From an uncultured Oligoflexales bacterium (GTDB taxonomy: Bacteria > Bdellovibrionota_B > Oligoflexia > Oligoflexales > CAZZCU01): a stretch of DNA of 64,000 bases. Below, piece after piece: positions 9,958 to 19,536 of this stretch. The translations under genes were made by a program, and so were the position numbers. The stretch is taken from contig CAZZCU010000002.1 in NCBI GenBank assembly GCA_964652825.1, positions 149,070 to 213,069 on the forward strand, written 5' to 3'. The notes under the pieces were generated by a model. It saw only the letters and a list, made by a program, of their open reading frames with translations. It ran no database searches and had not been told where the DNA came from. Numbering within the stretch: position 1 is the first letter of the stretch; each line of letters opens with the position of its first letter.

Positions 9958-12567
9958 ATGCGGCCAGCAAGTGCCGAATCTTTACGTCAAGCTTATTTAA
10001 GTTGTCGCGATAGCACGGGACGACTGGCGTTGTTGCACGAGTTGCGTCAGAACAAACTCTACCTGCCGACCACGCTGGCTGAGCATTTATTAATGCTCGA
10101 TTTACCCCTCGAAGAACACCTGGCTATTATCGCAACCGCGCACAGTGGCAGCCGACTCGCGTTGGAAGATTTCTTTTCCGCCAAGCTGCATCTGTGGTCA
10201 CAGGACTTGGCCGTTGCCGCTATTCGTGAGTGGTGTCAACGCACTGATTGCCTGCTGTGGTTCCGGTTAATCCCGCTGTGTTGTACGCCGCATGTTCCCC
10301 AACGCGTCCGCTATACAATTCTTGATCTGGTCTGGCGTCTGGGCGGACAACCACTGGTCGAGTTGTTTGCTGGCAGCGAAGGTATCGAAGACCTGTCGCC
10401 GGCTTTTCACGCTCTCCTACTGACCAGATCAATGCAATGGCTGGTGCAGGAACCACGTCTGCTAACGCTGGCGCGCGATATTTTGCAATCAACCAGCAAG
10501 GAAGCTTTCGCACATCATAAAGCCCTACCAGCCGCGATTTATTATCTGGCACGTTTTGCCCCTGATGATCTGGCATTGATCGACGGCAATCACCAGATCG
10601 ATCCATATTGGCGCAATCTGGTTGCCGGTGTACGCCTGCAGCTTGAGTATGATCCTGATGCGAGCAAAATCGACAAGGTGTTCGCCAAAGCAGCGAATCC
10701 GACCATCGACAAGATGCAAAAGGTCTGGCCGAGTATTTTGAAACGCTCGACCTTCACCGTACCAGCGTTGACCCAGGCGCTGGCATATGCGGCGCGACTG
10801 ACACAAAAAAACGTCACTAAAGCGCAAAACACATTGCTTGATTGGCAGTATTTCACCGGCATTTCGCCCACGACCTTGACCGAAGCCGTGATCAGCATCG
10901 AGAATGATCAGGAATTCGCCGGCGCACTGACTTTGCTCGGCATGCTGCTCCCACCACCAGTGGACAATCGCATTTCGGCATCCGTACGATCGCGTCTGCA
11001 AAAAACCGAGAACCCCGAACAACTACTCAACGCGCTCCCTCTCCGTATCCGCATTGCCGCCAGCGAATCACCGGTTCAGGGCGAAAATCAGACGATCTAT
11101 GGCCAAGTGCGTCAGGATGAAGTCAAAGCGATCAATAATCTCTTTCATCTTAGTGTAGCCGTCGAGCCAGCCAGTCTTTCCTGGCAATCATACGATACGA
11201 CCACCAGTGAATTACCGGAGTTACTGGAAGAGCCGCGTGATCTGCGCGAGCGACAGATGTTCTTCCAGACCGCCTATGGTGAAGGCAAAATCGCTGGCGA
11301 GCTCAACGGCAACTCCTTGTGGGGCAAACTCACGCAAGCCTGGTTGGAACCACAAACCCCGTTGCTGGAGAAACTGGCACTATTGGCGCGCCAAGCACCA
11401 GCGGTGTTTCAACTTTGTTATATCAATACGCTCGCACGCTACGCTGACAATGACGCGGCGGCGCTTAAGCTGCTGGATTTTGTGCGCAGCGAACATGAAT
11501 ATGAAATGCGCGCCGTGCTGCATGCTTTCCGCGGCATCGGTACGCAACGTTCTCTGCAGGAACTGGTGTCATGTTTGACACGCCCCAATCTCGGCCCACG
11601 CTTGCAGATGGAAGTGTGTGCTCTTCTTAAAGATGCCGATCTTGCCGGTGTGCAGGCGGAAATTCGCGCCGCCATCCACGATCTCAATATCCAGCCGAAT
11701 ACCGAAGACGTTCGTTGGGATCTGCACGAAGCATTAAAATCGTTGTTAATCGTCGACGTCAATAACAAGCAAGCAGAATCAACGACACTCATTCTGCCCG
11801 CAACAACGCCGCAGGATAAAGTTGATCTCGATCAGGAGTTGATCAACAGGATTCCTGAATTCAAACAACTTTCCAGTGAAGTTCGCCGGGCATTACGCAC
11901 CGCGCTGTTCTTCCACCAACAAGTTACACAAAGCCAATCCTTAAGTAACATCGATCTAAGCCCGGCTATTGACATGCAATACAAAGCACTCGAACTTACT
12001 TTTCGGGAGAGCTTTGAAGACGTCGTCAGTAATCTGATCAATCGCGGCAATTTGCAGCGCAAGCTGGATGTTATAGGTTATGCGCGCCCTATCCCACATG
12101 CCATGGATGAATTTGAAAGTTACGTCAGCTCGTTGCCGATCGTCAGTACGATTCCGTTTTTCAGCAAATTTAAATTACGCAAAATGCTGCGCGCACTATG
12201 TCAGTATCAACCGGGTCGACGCTTTACCTTGGATGGCCTCAAAGCCTTTGCCCTGTTCTTTTTGTGTTTTAGTCGTCAGCAGTGTCGCTACGGGTTGCAA
12301 GGAATCTTTCCGTTACCGATGTCGTCGGATCAGGAACTATTCCAGTTTGTTAAATCGCTGCATATCTTTCAGGATTTTCGTAATCGCGCCGCCCATGAGG
12401 GTTTTCAACCGGAAGCACGCAACGATATTGACGGCATTTGGCATTCCACCGCCGCAATTATCGAGTGCGCGTTACGCATAAAAAGCCAGCTTAGTACCGC
12501 CGGTGATCATTCCATCACCGGCCAAAAACCCGCACGCGCCCCCATCATTGTCAAAAAAGTCGTCTAA
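9958..12567 (+). CDS. Large helical-repeat (HEAT-like) protein with a C-terminal HEPN-like domain
   Basis: 869 aa with no signal peptide or TM segment. HEAT/PBS-lyase-like stretch EYEMRAVLHAFRGIGTQRSLQELVSCLTRPNLGPRLQMEVCALLKD. The C-terminal ~210 aa are helical and carry FRNRAAHEG (R808..H813, nt 12379-12396), matching the HEPN Rx4-6H / RNxxAH signature. Confidence 0.6.
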   Translation: MRPASAESLRQAYLSCRDSTGRLALLHELRQNKLYLPTTLAEHLLMLDLPLEEHLAIIATAHSGSRLALEDFFSAKLHLWSQDLAVAAIREWCQRTDCLLWFRLIPLCCTPHVPQRVRYTILDLVWRLGGQPLVELFAGSEGIEDLSPAFHALLLTRSMQWLVQEPRLLTLARDILQSTSKEAFAHHKALPAAIYYLARFAPDDLALIDGNHQIDPYWRNLVAGVRLQLEYDPDASKIDKVFAKAANPTIDKMQKVWPSILKRSTFTVPALTQALAYAARLTQKNVTKAQNTLLDWQYFTGISPTTLTEAVISIENDQEFAGALTLLGMLLPPPVDNRISASVRSRLQKTENPEQLLNALPLRIRIAASESPVQGENQTIYGQVRQDEVKAINNLFHLSVAVEPASLSWQSYDTTTSELPELLEEPRDLRERQMFFQTAYGEGKIAGELNGNSLWGKLTQAWLEPQTPLLEKLALLARQAPAVFQLCYINTLARYADNDAAALKLLDFVRSEHEYEMRAVLHAFRGIGTQRSLQELVSCLTRPNLGPRLQMEVCALLKDADLAGVQAEIRAAIHDLNIQPNTEDVRWDLHEALKSLLIVDVNNKQAESTTLILPATTPQDKVDLDQELINRIPEFKQLSSEVRRALRTALFFHQQVTQSQSLSNIDLSPAIDMQYKALELTFRESFEDVVSNLINRGNLQRKLDVIGYARPIPHAMDEFESYVSSLPIVSTIPFFSKFKLRKMLRALCQYQPGRRFTLDGLKAFALFFLCFSRQQCRYGLQGIFPLPMSSDQELFQFVKSLHIFQDFRNRAAHEGFQPEARNDIDGIWHSTAAIIECALRIKSQLSTAGDHSITGQKPARAPIIVKKVV

Positions 12568-12579
12568 TCCGCACCATCA

Positions 12580-13170
12580 TCAGTGCGCGACGTTCAACAT
12601 CACGATCGCCCGCGAGGGACCACCGTTATCTTTGATGACCATCGCGGCTTTTGCGATATTAGCGTCCGCAACCGGCTGCCCGGCAACAGAATCCTTTAGC
12701 TTGGCGTCTTGGGTATTGAAAATCCGGCCAACGATGCCAGCGCGCTTAGCCATGTTGTGACTATCCACTACCAACGTCGAGTTAGTGGTCAGCAGAAAAT
12801 TACGAATGGCCTCCAAACGCTGTTGAGCGATCTCGCGATCGTCCATCGATTGATCAGCCGCGCCATCAGCCGGCAGCGATTTATCCGACCATGCCGACAC
12901 CACCACCTGTGCTCGTTGTTTTTCGTCTTCAGCGCGCGCCGCTACCAGTGCTCTAAGTTTTTCTTTTTGTAGCTCTGTCAGCACCACTTGTCCGGGTGCG
13001 AAATCCACCACCACAAATTCTTTATCCACCGCGCCGAAGATCGGCGTCATCGTTTCGCCCATGATCGGCGGTTCTTGTTCCGCCCGCACCTGACTCTGAC
13101 CGGCAATCATGACTAATGCTAACCCCGAACCCAGAGCCACCGCTTGTGTTCGCTTGCGTGTAAACCACAT
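12580..13170 (-). CDS. Secreted hypothetical protein (weak OmpA-C-like pattern)
   Basis: Signal peptide ...LVMIAGQSQVRA|EQ and RBS AAGGAGGG upstream. VVVSAWSDKSLP...DDREIAQQRLEAIRNFLL loosely resembles the OmpA-like 'GhTD...LS..RA..V..yL' block. Confidence 0.4.
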   Translation of the reverse strand: MWFTRKRTQAVALGSGLALVMIAGQSQVRAEQEPPIMGETMTPIFGAVDKEFVVVDFAPGQVVLTELQKEKLRALVAARAEDEKQRAQVVVSAWSDKSLPADGAADQSMDDREIAQQRLEAIRNFLLTTNSTLVVDSHNMAKRAGIVGRIFNTQDAKLKDSVAGQPVADANIAKAAMVIKDNGGPSRAIVMLNVAH

Positions 13171-13383
13171 AAAATTCTCCCTCCTTTGAAGAAAAGACGC
13201 TTTACTACCTTCGTTCAGCGTTCAGCAGGAGTCATGCCAGTCATGGCATTTATGTTTTCTTGTTAAATTACTTAATAATATTAGAAAGTTATACAAGAAA
13301 TAACCTCTCACTGTAGCGCCTCCCTCTCGAAATGCAGACGCATCCACTTCCATACACTTGCATAGGAAGGCCAGCAGTTAGAT

Positions 13384-13391
13384 TGTATAAT
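13384..13391 (+). promoter_or_regulatory. Extended -10 promoter candidate (TGTATAAT) for the KAS III gene
   Basis: TGTATAAT at 13384-13391 in an AT-rich 279-bp divergent intergenic region, ~60 nt upstream of ATG 13450. Confidence 0.3.
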
Positions 13392-13449
13392 GACCCGTTA
13401 TCGACTATGTATGCATGCCTTCATCGGCTTAATAAGGATATTGATAGCT

Positions 13450-14481
13450 ATGACCGGATCTGTAAGCCGCAAGGCGGGAGCAAAAGTTTATCTGCGCGCC
13501 GCCGGCCATTTTCATCCGCCGCACGAAATCAGCAATGAGTTCTTAACATCTCTGGATAATGGCTCGGATCCGACCTGGGTAGTGGAACGCACCGGTATCG
13601 AAAAACGTCGTAGCGTCCTCGCCCCGGAAATACTCACTCGGCTTCGTCGCGGCGCCGTGACACTTGCCGAACTGCGTGATCAAAATCAGCTGATGCCGCT
13701 TCACGAAATGGCGGCGCATGCCTGGGACAACCTCCTGGTTCGTTGCGGCGCGCTAACCCGTCCACCCGACACGGTTATCTGCGGCACCTCAGTGCCGGAT
13801 TTTGACATTCCAGCCAATGCCTGTTCGATCGCCGGTCGTCTAGGTTGGGATGCAGTGGCCTTTGATGTGAATTCCGCCTGTAGTTCATTCGTTGTCGACC
13901 TGCACGTCGCCAGCAGTCTGGTGTCGCAAAAATCCTCGCAAACAGTAGCGATCTTTAATCCGGAACGTTATTCGCTGCGTCTTGACTATGCCGACCGCGC
14001 CACCTGCGTGCTCTTCGGCGATGGTTGCGCCGCGACTTTGCTGCAAAACACCCCGAATCCAGGCAGTCTCGAATTGATCGACACGATTATCTCGTCGGCT
14101 CCGATCAAATACGATGTCGTACGTATCCCCGTCGGTGGTTACTTTACTCAGGATGGTCGCGCCGTGCAGAAGTTCGCTATTACCCGCACGATTGAAACCA
14201 CCTTCAGTCTGTTGGAACGCAACGGACTAACAACCTCCGACATCAATTATTTTATCGGTCATCAGGCGAATCTACGCATGTTGACTTCAGCGGCAGAGAA
14301 AATGGGTTTTTCCGGCCAGCAGCATCTCTACAACGTTAAAGATTTCGGTAATCAGGGCGCCGCCGGCGCTCCCTGCGTACTATCGATGAATTGGGAAAAA
14401 TTTCGACCCGATGATTTGATCGTTGTCTCGGTGGTAGGCTCCGGTCTGACCTGGGGTTCGGCGTTATTCCGCGCGATCTAA
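13450..14481 (+). CDS. fabH: Beta-ketoacyl-ACP synthase III (FabH-like)
   Basis: Cys-His-Asn triad contexts DVNSACSSFV, IGHQANLRM and FGNQGAAGAP. I prefer ATG 13450 (AGGA 12 nt upstream) over track start 13390. Confidence 0.8.
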   Translation: MTGSVSRKAGAKVYLRAAGHFHPPHEISNEFLTSLDNGSDPTWVVERTGIEKRRSVLAPEILTRLRRGAVTLAELRDQNQLMPLHEMAAHAWDNLLVRCGALTRPPDTVICGTSVPDFDIPANACSIAGRLGWDAVAFDVNSACSSFVVDLHVASSLVSQKSSQTVAIFNPERYSLRLDYADRATCVLFGDGCAATLLQNTPNPGSLELIDTIISSAPIKYDVVRIPVGGYFTQDGRAVQKFAITRTIETTFSLLERNGLTTSDINYFIGHQANLRMLTSAAEKMGFSGQQHLYNVKDFGNQGAAGAPCVLSMNWEKFRPDDLIVVSVVGSGLTWGSALFRAI

Positions 14482-15627
14482 CTCAGCAAGAATCGTGCGT
14501 GCCAGCTTTGCCTGACCATGCACGGAAAGATGAAAACAATCGTTAGCGATGTCATCGGCGGTAAACAAAATACCGGCAGTCTGATCAAGCCAGTTTATGT
14601 GAATGTTCGCGTCATGTTTGGCCCAATGTTGACTCAGATTATTCACCGTTTTTCGTCCGAGATCGCGGAATGAGCGCAGGCGATTACCAATAAACGCCAG
14701 TTGTTCCCCGCGCGCCCCCGGATCAGACGGAGGGAATAACGATCGGCAATAGGCCGCCGGGGAGGCAGGCAGCATGTTCATCAGCAACGCCGCCGCTGTT
14801 TCGTTAGTAATTTCCGGATCCGACCATTCCATATTGTGCTGTTGCGTCTGCAGTTCGCCACAGGTCATGTTTCGTCCATGCGCGAAGATCTCCTTCGCCC
14901 GTATCACCGGCGAATCCACCAGCTGCAACATCGCCAAAGGTGCGATGACGGTAATTTGCGTACCGGTCGGCGACACCTGCCCATGACGCAACAGATAAGC
15001 GATCGCTCGCTCCAGATTTTGTGCGTATTCGTCACCGGTACTGACACGCGCTGTCGTATAACCACAGAGATCATTACCGGCGAACATCATAAACACTTGC
15101 TCGGGAATCACACCGCCGGTAGCCGCTAACAAACGCTGCATTTGATAAAGCGCTCGCTCACTGCGCGCGCCATTCTCCGCTGCAATGATGATATGTTCCG
15201 CCGTAATACCGCGCTGGCGACCGAGCAAATAGCCCCAACTATACTCTTCGGTGTCGAGATACACGCGCGCGGCGGCGGCCATAAGATTCAAACCGACCCA
15301 CTCGTAAAAACTGCGAAACTCGCGACCCCCTGGCCACAAACGTCGCGGCGGCGGCAACGTACCGCCCGTGATCCCAAAATCATCCACGGCAGGGATAGCG
15401 GTGGCGGTCGGTAAAGAACGTGCTGTCTTGCCGAAAAATAAATTGGCAAGCGCGTTCGCGTCAAACATCAGTTCGGGACTCGTTACCGCACCGGTCGCCA
15501 GACTGTCACCGATAACAGCAAACTTCGCGGTCAGCGGTGCATCCGCCGCAATTATCGATGACGATGACAGCATCAAAGCGGCAATGAACAACAGATTCAA
15601 ATGTTTCAGCATAATTATTTTCTGCAA
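14464..15627 (-). CDS. Secreted SGNH/GDSL-family hydrolase (lipase/esterase-like)
   Basis: Signal peptide ...SSSIIA|ADAP. Block I FAVIGDSLATG, block III FAGNDLCG, block V DCFHLS (DxxH). The start lies 1 nt after the tolB stop. Confidence 0.65.
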   Translation of the reverse strand: MQKIIMLKHLNLLFIAALMLSSSSIIAADAPLTAKFAVIGDSLATGAVTSPELMFDANALANLFFGKTARSLPTATAIPAVDDFGITGGTLPPPRRLWPGGREFRSFYEWVGLNLMAAAARVYLDTEEYSWGYLLGRQRGITAEHIIIAAENGARSERALYQMQRLLAATGGVIPEQVFMMFAGNDLCGYTTARVSTGDEYAQNLERAIAYLLRHGQVSPTGTQITVIAPLAMLQLVDSPVIRAKEIFAHGRNMTCGELQTQQHNMEWSDPEITNETAAALLMNMLPASPAAYCRSLFPPSDPGARGEQLAFIGNRLRSFRDLGRKTVNNLSQHWAKHDANIHINWLDQTAGILFTADDIANDCFHLSVHGQAKLARTILAELDRAE

Positions 15628-15628
15628 A

Positions 15629-17065
15629 TTATTCTAAAGGTGGCGACCATGACGGTGTTTGCGCCTCGTGCAAGCCGGTTTCCAGCTTGCGCTGTCCGCT
15701 GCCATCACGATTCATAATATACAACTGCGCGACGTTCTTCGCCTCGCTGCCGGGAACACGATTGGAATGGAAAATAATTAACTGACCATTTGGCGACCAG
15801 GTTGGTGATTCGTTATCACCGGCACGCAAAGTCAGACGTTCCATATTGGTACCGTCCGGATTCATCATAAATAAATCAAAACGATTGATCTCTTTATCAA
15901 AGCCAGCAAACGCGATCTTATCGCTTGCCGGTGACCACGATGGTACCGCGTTATACCAACCGGCATAGGTTAGGCGCTTATCTTCAAGTACGCGTACCTT
16001 ACCCGGTCCGTCCCATTGCAAGGTCGCCCGAAAAATGTGCGGATTGCCAAAGCGACCAGAAACAAAAGCCAAATACTTGCCATCAGGCGAAAAGGCGGGA
16101 TCAACATCAAGACCACTGCCGCGAATAAGAATCTGTCGCGTGCCGCCCCGCGGACTAATCGTATAAATATCGGTATCGCCCTCAAGACTGCCGCTCAAGG
16201 CAATCAATTGATTGTTGGGCGCCCAATTAGCGCCGCTATCGACGCCGCGGTTCACAGACAAGCGCCGGTGCTGGCGCGTCGCGACTTCGTAGATAAAAAC
16301 ATCGGCACTACCAAGCTCAAAAGACGTATAGGTGATAAACCGGCCATCAGGGCTCCACGCCGGCGATAGATGCGGTGCTGGCGTCGAAGTGATTGGCGTC
16401 GCTTCCGAGCCGTCAAAATTAGCGATATAAATCTGCTTGTGGGCCTTCGGTCGCGGCCTGCCGACGAACACCAGCTTCGTCGAAAAAATTCCCGGCTTGC
16501 CAGTGTAAGCCTGTAAAATCAAATCGGCGTAGCGTCGCAAGACACGATTGATATCATGCTTTTGGACTTTGGTGAAACGCCGGCCGACGACGATCTCGCT
16601 GCGATTAATATCCACCGTGCGTAGCGCGATATTATAGGTCGCGCCATCCTGTTCCATCTCACCGACGGTCAGTGATTCGACGCCAATCGCTTTCCATTGC
16701 ACGGCATCGATACCCTGCATGCCCTGCGTATTGGTGCCGATTTTTCGTTTCGCCTGCATTTCATTGGCTAGTTCCTGATAACCGTTCTCCGCCATCAAAC
16801 TAAACAGACCGGAAAAGGTCAACAAACGACCCAATTCGGTCGCAGCCGCCGTCGCCTGACTTGTCACGGCAAAACCAGCACCGGGCGCCGTCATAAACGT
16901 CGGTATCGCTGCCACCAACTTACGAAAATTCGGATTATCAATATTAACAATCAGTGGCCCACTGCTTTTACCAGCGGCAGTTTGTGCCGAGACAGCACTC
17001 GCACCACACAATACGAACAAGCTCAGAAGTAAAGATACAAAATAACGCACTGGCAACCTCGTCAC
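15629..17065 (-). CDS. tolB: Tol-Pal system beta-propeller protein TolB
   Basis: Signal peptide, TolB N-domain, and repeated propeller blades (PAWSPDGRFITYTS, DPAFSPDGKYLAFVS, SPTWSPNGQLIIFHSNR). Follows tolQRA. Confidence 0.9.
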   Translation of the reverse strand: MTRLPVRYFVSLLLSLFVLCGASAVSAQTAAGKSSGPLIVNIDNPNFRKLVAAIPTFMTAPGAGFAVTSQATAAATELGRLLTFSGLFSLMAENGYQELANEMQAKRKIGTNTQGMQGIDAVQWKAIGVESLTVGEMEQDGATYNIALRTVDINRSEIVVGRRFTKVQKHDINRVLRRYADLILQAYTGKPGIFSTKLVFVGRPRPKAHKQIYIANFDGSEATPITSTPAPHLSPAWSPDGRFITYTSFELGSADVFIYEVATRQHRRLSVNRGVDSGANWAPNNQLIALSGSLEGDTDIYTISPRGGTRQILIRGSGLDVDPAFSPDGKYLAFVSGRFGNPHIFRATLQWDGPGKVRVLEDKRLTYAGWYNAVPSWSPASDKIAFAGFDKEINRFDLFMMNPDGTNMERLTLRAGDNESPTWSPNGQLIIFHSNRVPGSEAKNVAQLYIMNRDGSGQRKLETGLHEAQTPSWSPPLE

Positions 17066-17074
17066 AAAACAGCG

Positions 17075-17971
17075 TTAAAAACTCTTGGGCGTGAAATGTA
17101 AATATATCGATTCACCAGCCTGACCTTCCGGTGGTTTTGGTAATGGCGCCGCATCTTTTACGGCTTTATAGGCCAAATTATCAAACAACTTGTCGCCCGA
17201 CGACTGATGAATGGCACAAGAAAGCAATTCGCCCCGATCATTGACCACAATAGCAACAATCACTCGTAAACTGGCATTCTTCATATTGTAAGCTTCCGGC
17301 AACGCGTAATGTCGACCGACCGCTTTCTGCAACAAACCCCGATAACGATCCTGCCCGGCTTTGCCGCCACTACCTTTCACACCGGCATTCAGATCGTCAG
17401 GTCGTTGCGCCAGTTCTTCCTTCAAGCGCGCCAACTCGTCGACTTTGGGTGACTTCATGGCAAGCTGTTTATCTTTTTGTTCCTGACGCAGACGTTCAAC
17501 GGCAAGACGTTTTAAAGCGTCTTCCATGGAGATGCGATTCTTCTCATCCGGATCCGTCTTGGCGGTCACTGCGGTGGGTTGCGCAGCCTGTTGTTTAGCC
17601 TGCTCGGTTTTCGGATCGGGTTGGGCTTTTTCCTCGACCACGGCATCATCGATTTTTTCGGCCTGCTTAACCTCAAATTTTTTGGGCAACTGCGGCAACA
17701 CCTGACTCGGTACCGCCGCCTCCGGCGCTACCTGCGCATTTGGCAAGGCGGTTTGCGACGGCGCCGAAAAACGCAGATCGGTCACTAAATCAGCGTCCAT
17801 CGCCCATTCATCCATCGGCGGTGTCACATTGCTCCATAGAAAGCTTAAACTTTGTATCAACCAAAAAAACACATGTAAAGACACTGAGACCGAGAGAAAA
17901 TAAGTGAGCAAGCGATCCTGATTGTTCAGGGTATCCGGCTTGGGCAATAAGCGTTGAACTATCGTTGTCAT
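17075..17971 (-). CDS. tolA: TolA/TonB-like energy-transducer protein
   Basis: N-terminal TM segment LLTYFLSVSVSLHVFFWLIQSL, a P/K/E/Q/A-rich spacer, and a TonB_C-like end (...LRVIVAIVVNDRGELLSCAIHQSSGDKLFDNLAYKAVKDAAPLPKPP). It sits between tolR and tolB. Confidence 0.65.
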   Translation of the reverse strand: MTTIVQRLLPKPDTLNNQDRLLTYFLSVSVSLHVFFWLIQSLSFLWSNVTPPMDEWAMDADLVTDLRFSAPSQTALPNAQVAPEAAVPSQVLPQLPKKFEVKQAEKIDDAVVEEKAQPDPKTEQAKQQAAQPTAVTAKTDPDEKNRISMEDALKRLAVERLRQEQKDKQLAMKSPKVDELARLKEELAQRPDDLNAGVKGSGGKAGQDRYRGLLQKAVGRHYALPEAYNMKNASLRVIVAIVVNDRGELLSCAIHQSSGDKLFDNLAYKAVKDAAPLPKPPEGQAGESIYLHFTPKSF

Positions 17972-18005
17972 CGCATTCCCGGCAACTGTGAATTCATGCT
18001 CATTC

Positions 18006-18449
18006 TTAACGTGACGCGGTCGCAGTCGGTTGCGTCAACATACTCATACGTGTCACACCGGCAAGCTTAGCCGCACTCATGGCATCCACCACCCGGCCAT
18101 AAGAAACGCCACGATCAGCACGAATATAAATTTCCTTCTTTTCGCGAAATTCATAGATCGCGCGCAAACGCTCCGACAAAGCCGGCGACGGTACTACCAT
18201 TTTTTCGATATAGTATTCGCCCTTTTGATTGATGGATAAAACAATGCGATCCTCGTCGATCGAGGTGCTTTTCGCTTTGCTGGTCGGCAATTCGACTTTA
18301 ATGCCACCAATGGATAACGGCGCGGTCACCATAAAAATAATCAGCAACACCAGCATCACGTCGACCAACGGAATAATATTGATCTCCGCTAAATCGTCGT
18401 TATGGCCATCGTCATTTGTACTTGTCGTGCCACGTACTTTGAATGCCAT
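18006..18449 (-). CDS. tolR: ExbD/TolR family protein
   Basis: ...LAEINIIPLVDVMLVLLIIFMVTAP... is typical of ExbD/TolR. ATG 18449 has AAGGA 7 nt upstream and avoids overlap with tolQ; the track start is 18509. Confidence 0.85.
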   Translation of the reverse strand: MAFKVRGTTSTNDDGHNDDLAEINIIPLVDVMLVLLIIFMVTAPLSIGGIKVELPTSKAKSTSIDEDRIVLSINQKGEYYIEKMVVPSPALSERLRAIYEFREKKEIYIRADRGVSYGRVVDAMSAAKLAGVTRMSMLTQPTATASR

Positions 18450-18462
18450 CGTTTGATCCTTG

Positions 18463-19434
18463 CTAAAGTCGCTCGGCAATCGGTGCACTGGTACTCGCAT
18501 GCGCACCACCGCGGGGTTTTTCCGCTACCAGATATCTTTCGACGATATTCAAAAAATCCGCGGAGAAACCATCAACATTGGACAATACCGTGCGGATTTT
18601 GTTAGCGGCGATATTATAACCGATCACGGCCGGAATCGCGGCGGCAAGACCAAAAGCCGTGGCGATAAGTGCTTCGGAAATCCCTGGCGCAACGGCAGCA
18701 AGACTCGCACTACCCGAACGAGCGATACCCTCAAATGCACCCATAATACCCCACACCGTACCGAACAAACCGATAAACGGCGCCGCTGACGCACTGATCG
18801 CCAGCACGGACAAATACTTTTCGAGTTTATGACGCTCAAGATTCTTGGCTTTCTGCAGAGCACGCGTCAGATTCTCGATCGCGGCATTAAAAGCCAGAGT
18901 AGAGGAGCTGGCTTGATCACGCAGTTGATTGGCTTTGATCAATTCAGCATAACCACTGCGAAATACTTCTCGAATCGGACTGTACTGATAATCACCAAGC
19001 TTGCCGTTAAGTTCGTTGAGCGAGCGACTGTCCCAAAACGTTTTTGTAAATTCCTGGCAGGCTTTATCAGTGCGATTCAAATACATGAACTTTGTAATCA
19101 CCACCGCCCAAGTAACCACGGACATGATGATCAACGTCAGTAACACCATGAAGACCACAAAGCCACCGCGCCAAGCGCGCGAGAAAATGGAATCGGTTTC
19201 AATCGCGGTCTCACCGACGACGGCTTGTTCCTCCGTCGTTGCCGAAGCCTCCGTTTTACCGGCGGTCTTTGCTGCTTCTTGACCGATGCTGACATCAGTA
19301 AAGCCATGCACGGCGAAAAATAACAAAGCCGTCAAAATTCTGATTTTGGTTTTTGCGGAAACCGAGATAATACTAGCCAGACTCACCACTCTAAACCCCC
19401 GCGGAATCCTCGCTTTATTGACCCGTGTTTGCAC
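18463..19434 (-). CDS. tolQ: MotA/TolQ/ExbB proton-channel protein with an N-terminal extension
   Basis: C-terminal core ...LAISASAAPFIGLFGTVWGIMGAFEGIA...AVAPGISEALIATAFGLAAAIPAVIGYN is typical TolQ/ExbB. The GTG start at 19434 is uncertain. About 95 extra N-terminal residues are present. Confidence 0.85.
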   Translation of the reverse strand: MQTRVNKARIPRGFRVVSLASIISVSAKTKIRILTALLFFAVHGFTDVSIGQEAAKTAGKTEASATTEEQAVVGETAIETDSIFSRAWRGGFVVFMVLLTLIIMSVVTWAVVITKFMYLNRTDKACQEFTKTFWDSRSLNELNGKLGDYQYSPIREVFRSGYAELIKANQLRDQASSSTLAFNAAIENLTRALQKAKNLERHKLEKYLSVLAISASAAPFIGLFGTVWGIMGAFEGIARSGSASLAAVAPGISEALIATAFGLAAAIPAVIGYNIAANKIRTVLSNVDGFSADFLNIVERYLVAEKPRGGAHASTSAPIAERL

Positions 19435-19476
19435 ATTATCGATTGTTTCAGTATAGCTGTTTAAGCCCGTAGATAC

Positions 19477-19503
19477 AAAAAAAAGGGGCCGTTTTCCGGC
19501 CCC
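19477..19503 (-). terminator. Rho-independent terminator of the acidic-protein gene
   Basis: The minus strand reads GGGGCCG-GAAAA-CGGCCCC followed by T8. It lies 34 nt downstream of the stop at 19537-19539. Confidence 0.8.
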
Positions 19504-19536
19504 TTATTACAGCTGAATTTATCGTGTCATGATCGT

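Noticed and set aside
13358-13363. TTGCAT as the -35 box for the KAS III promoter
   Set aside because: The spacing to the TATAAT at 13386-13391 is 22 nt, which is too long for a sigma70-type promoter. Only the extended -10 is reported, at low confidence.
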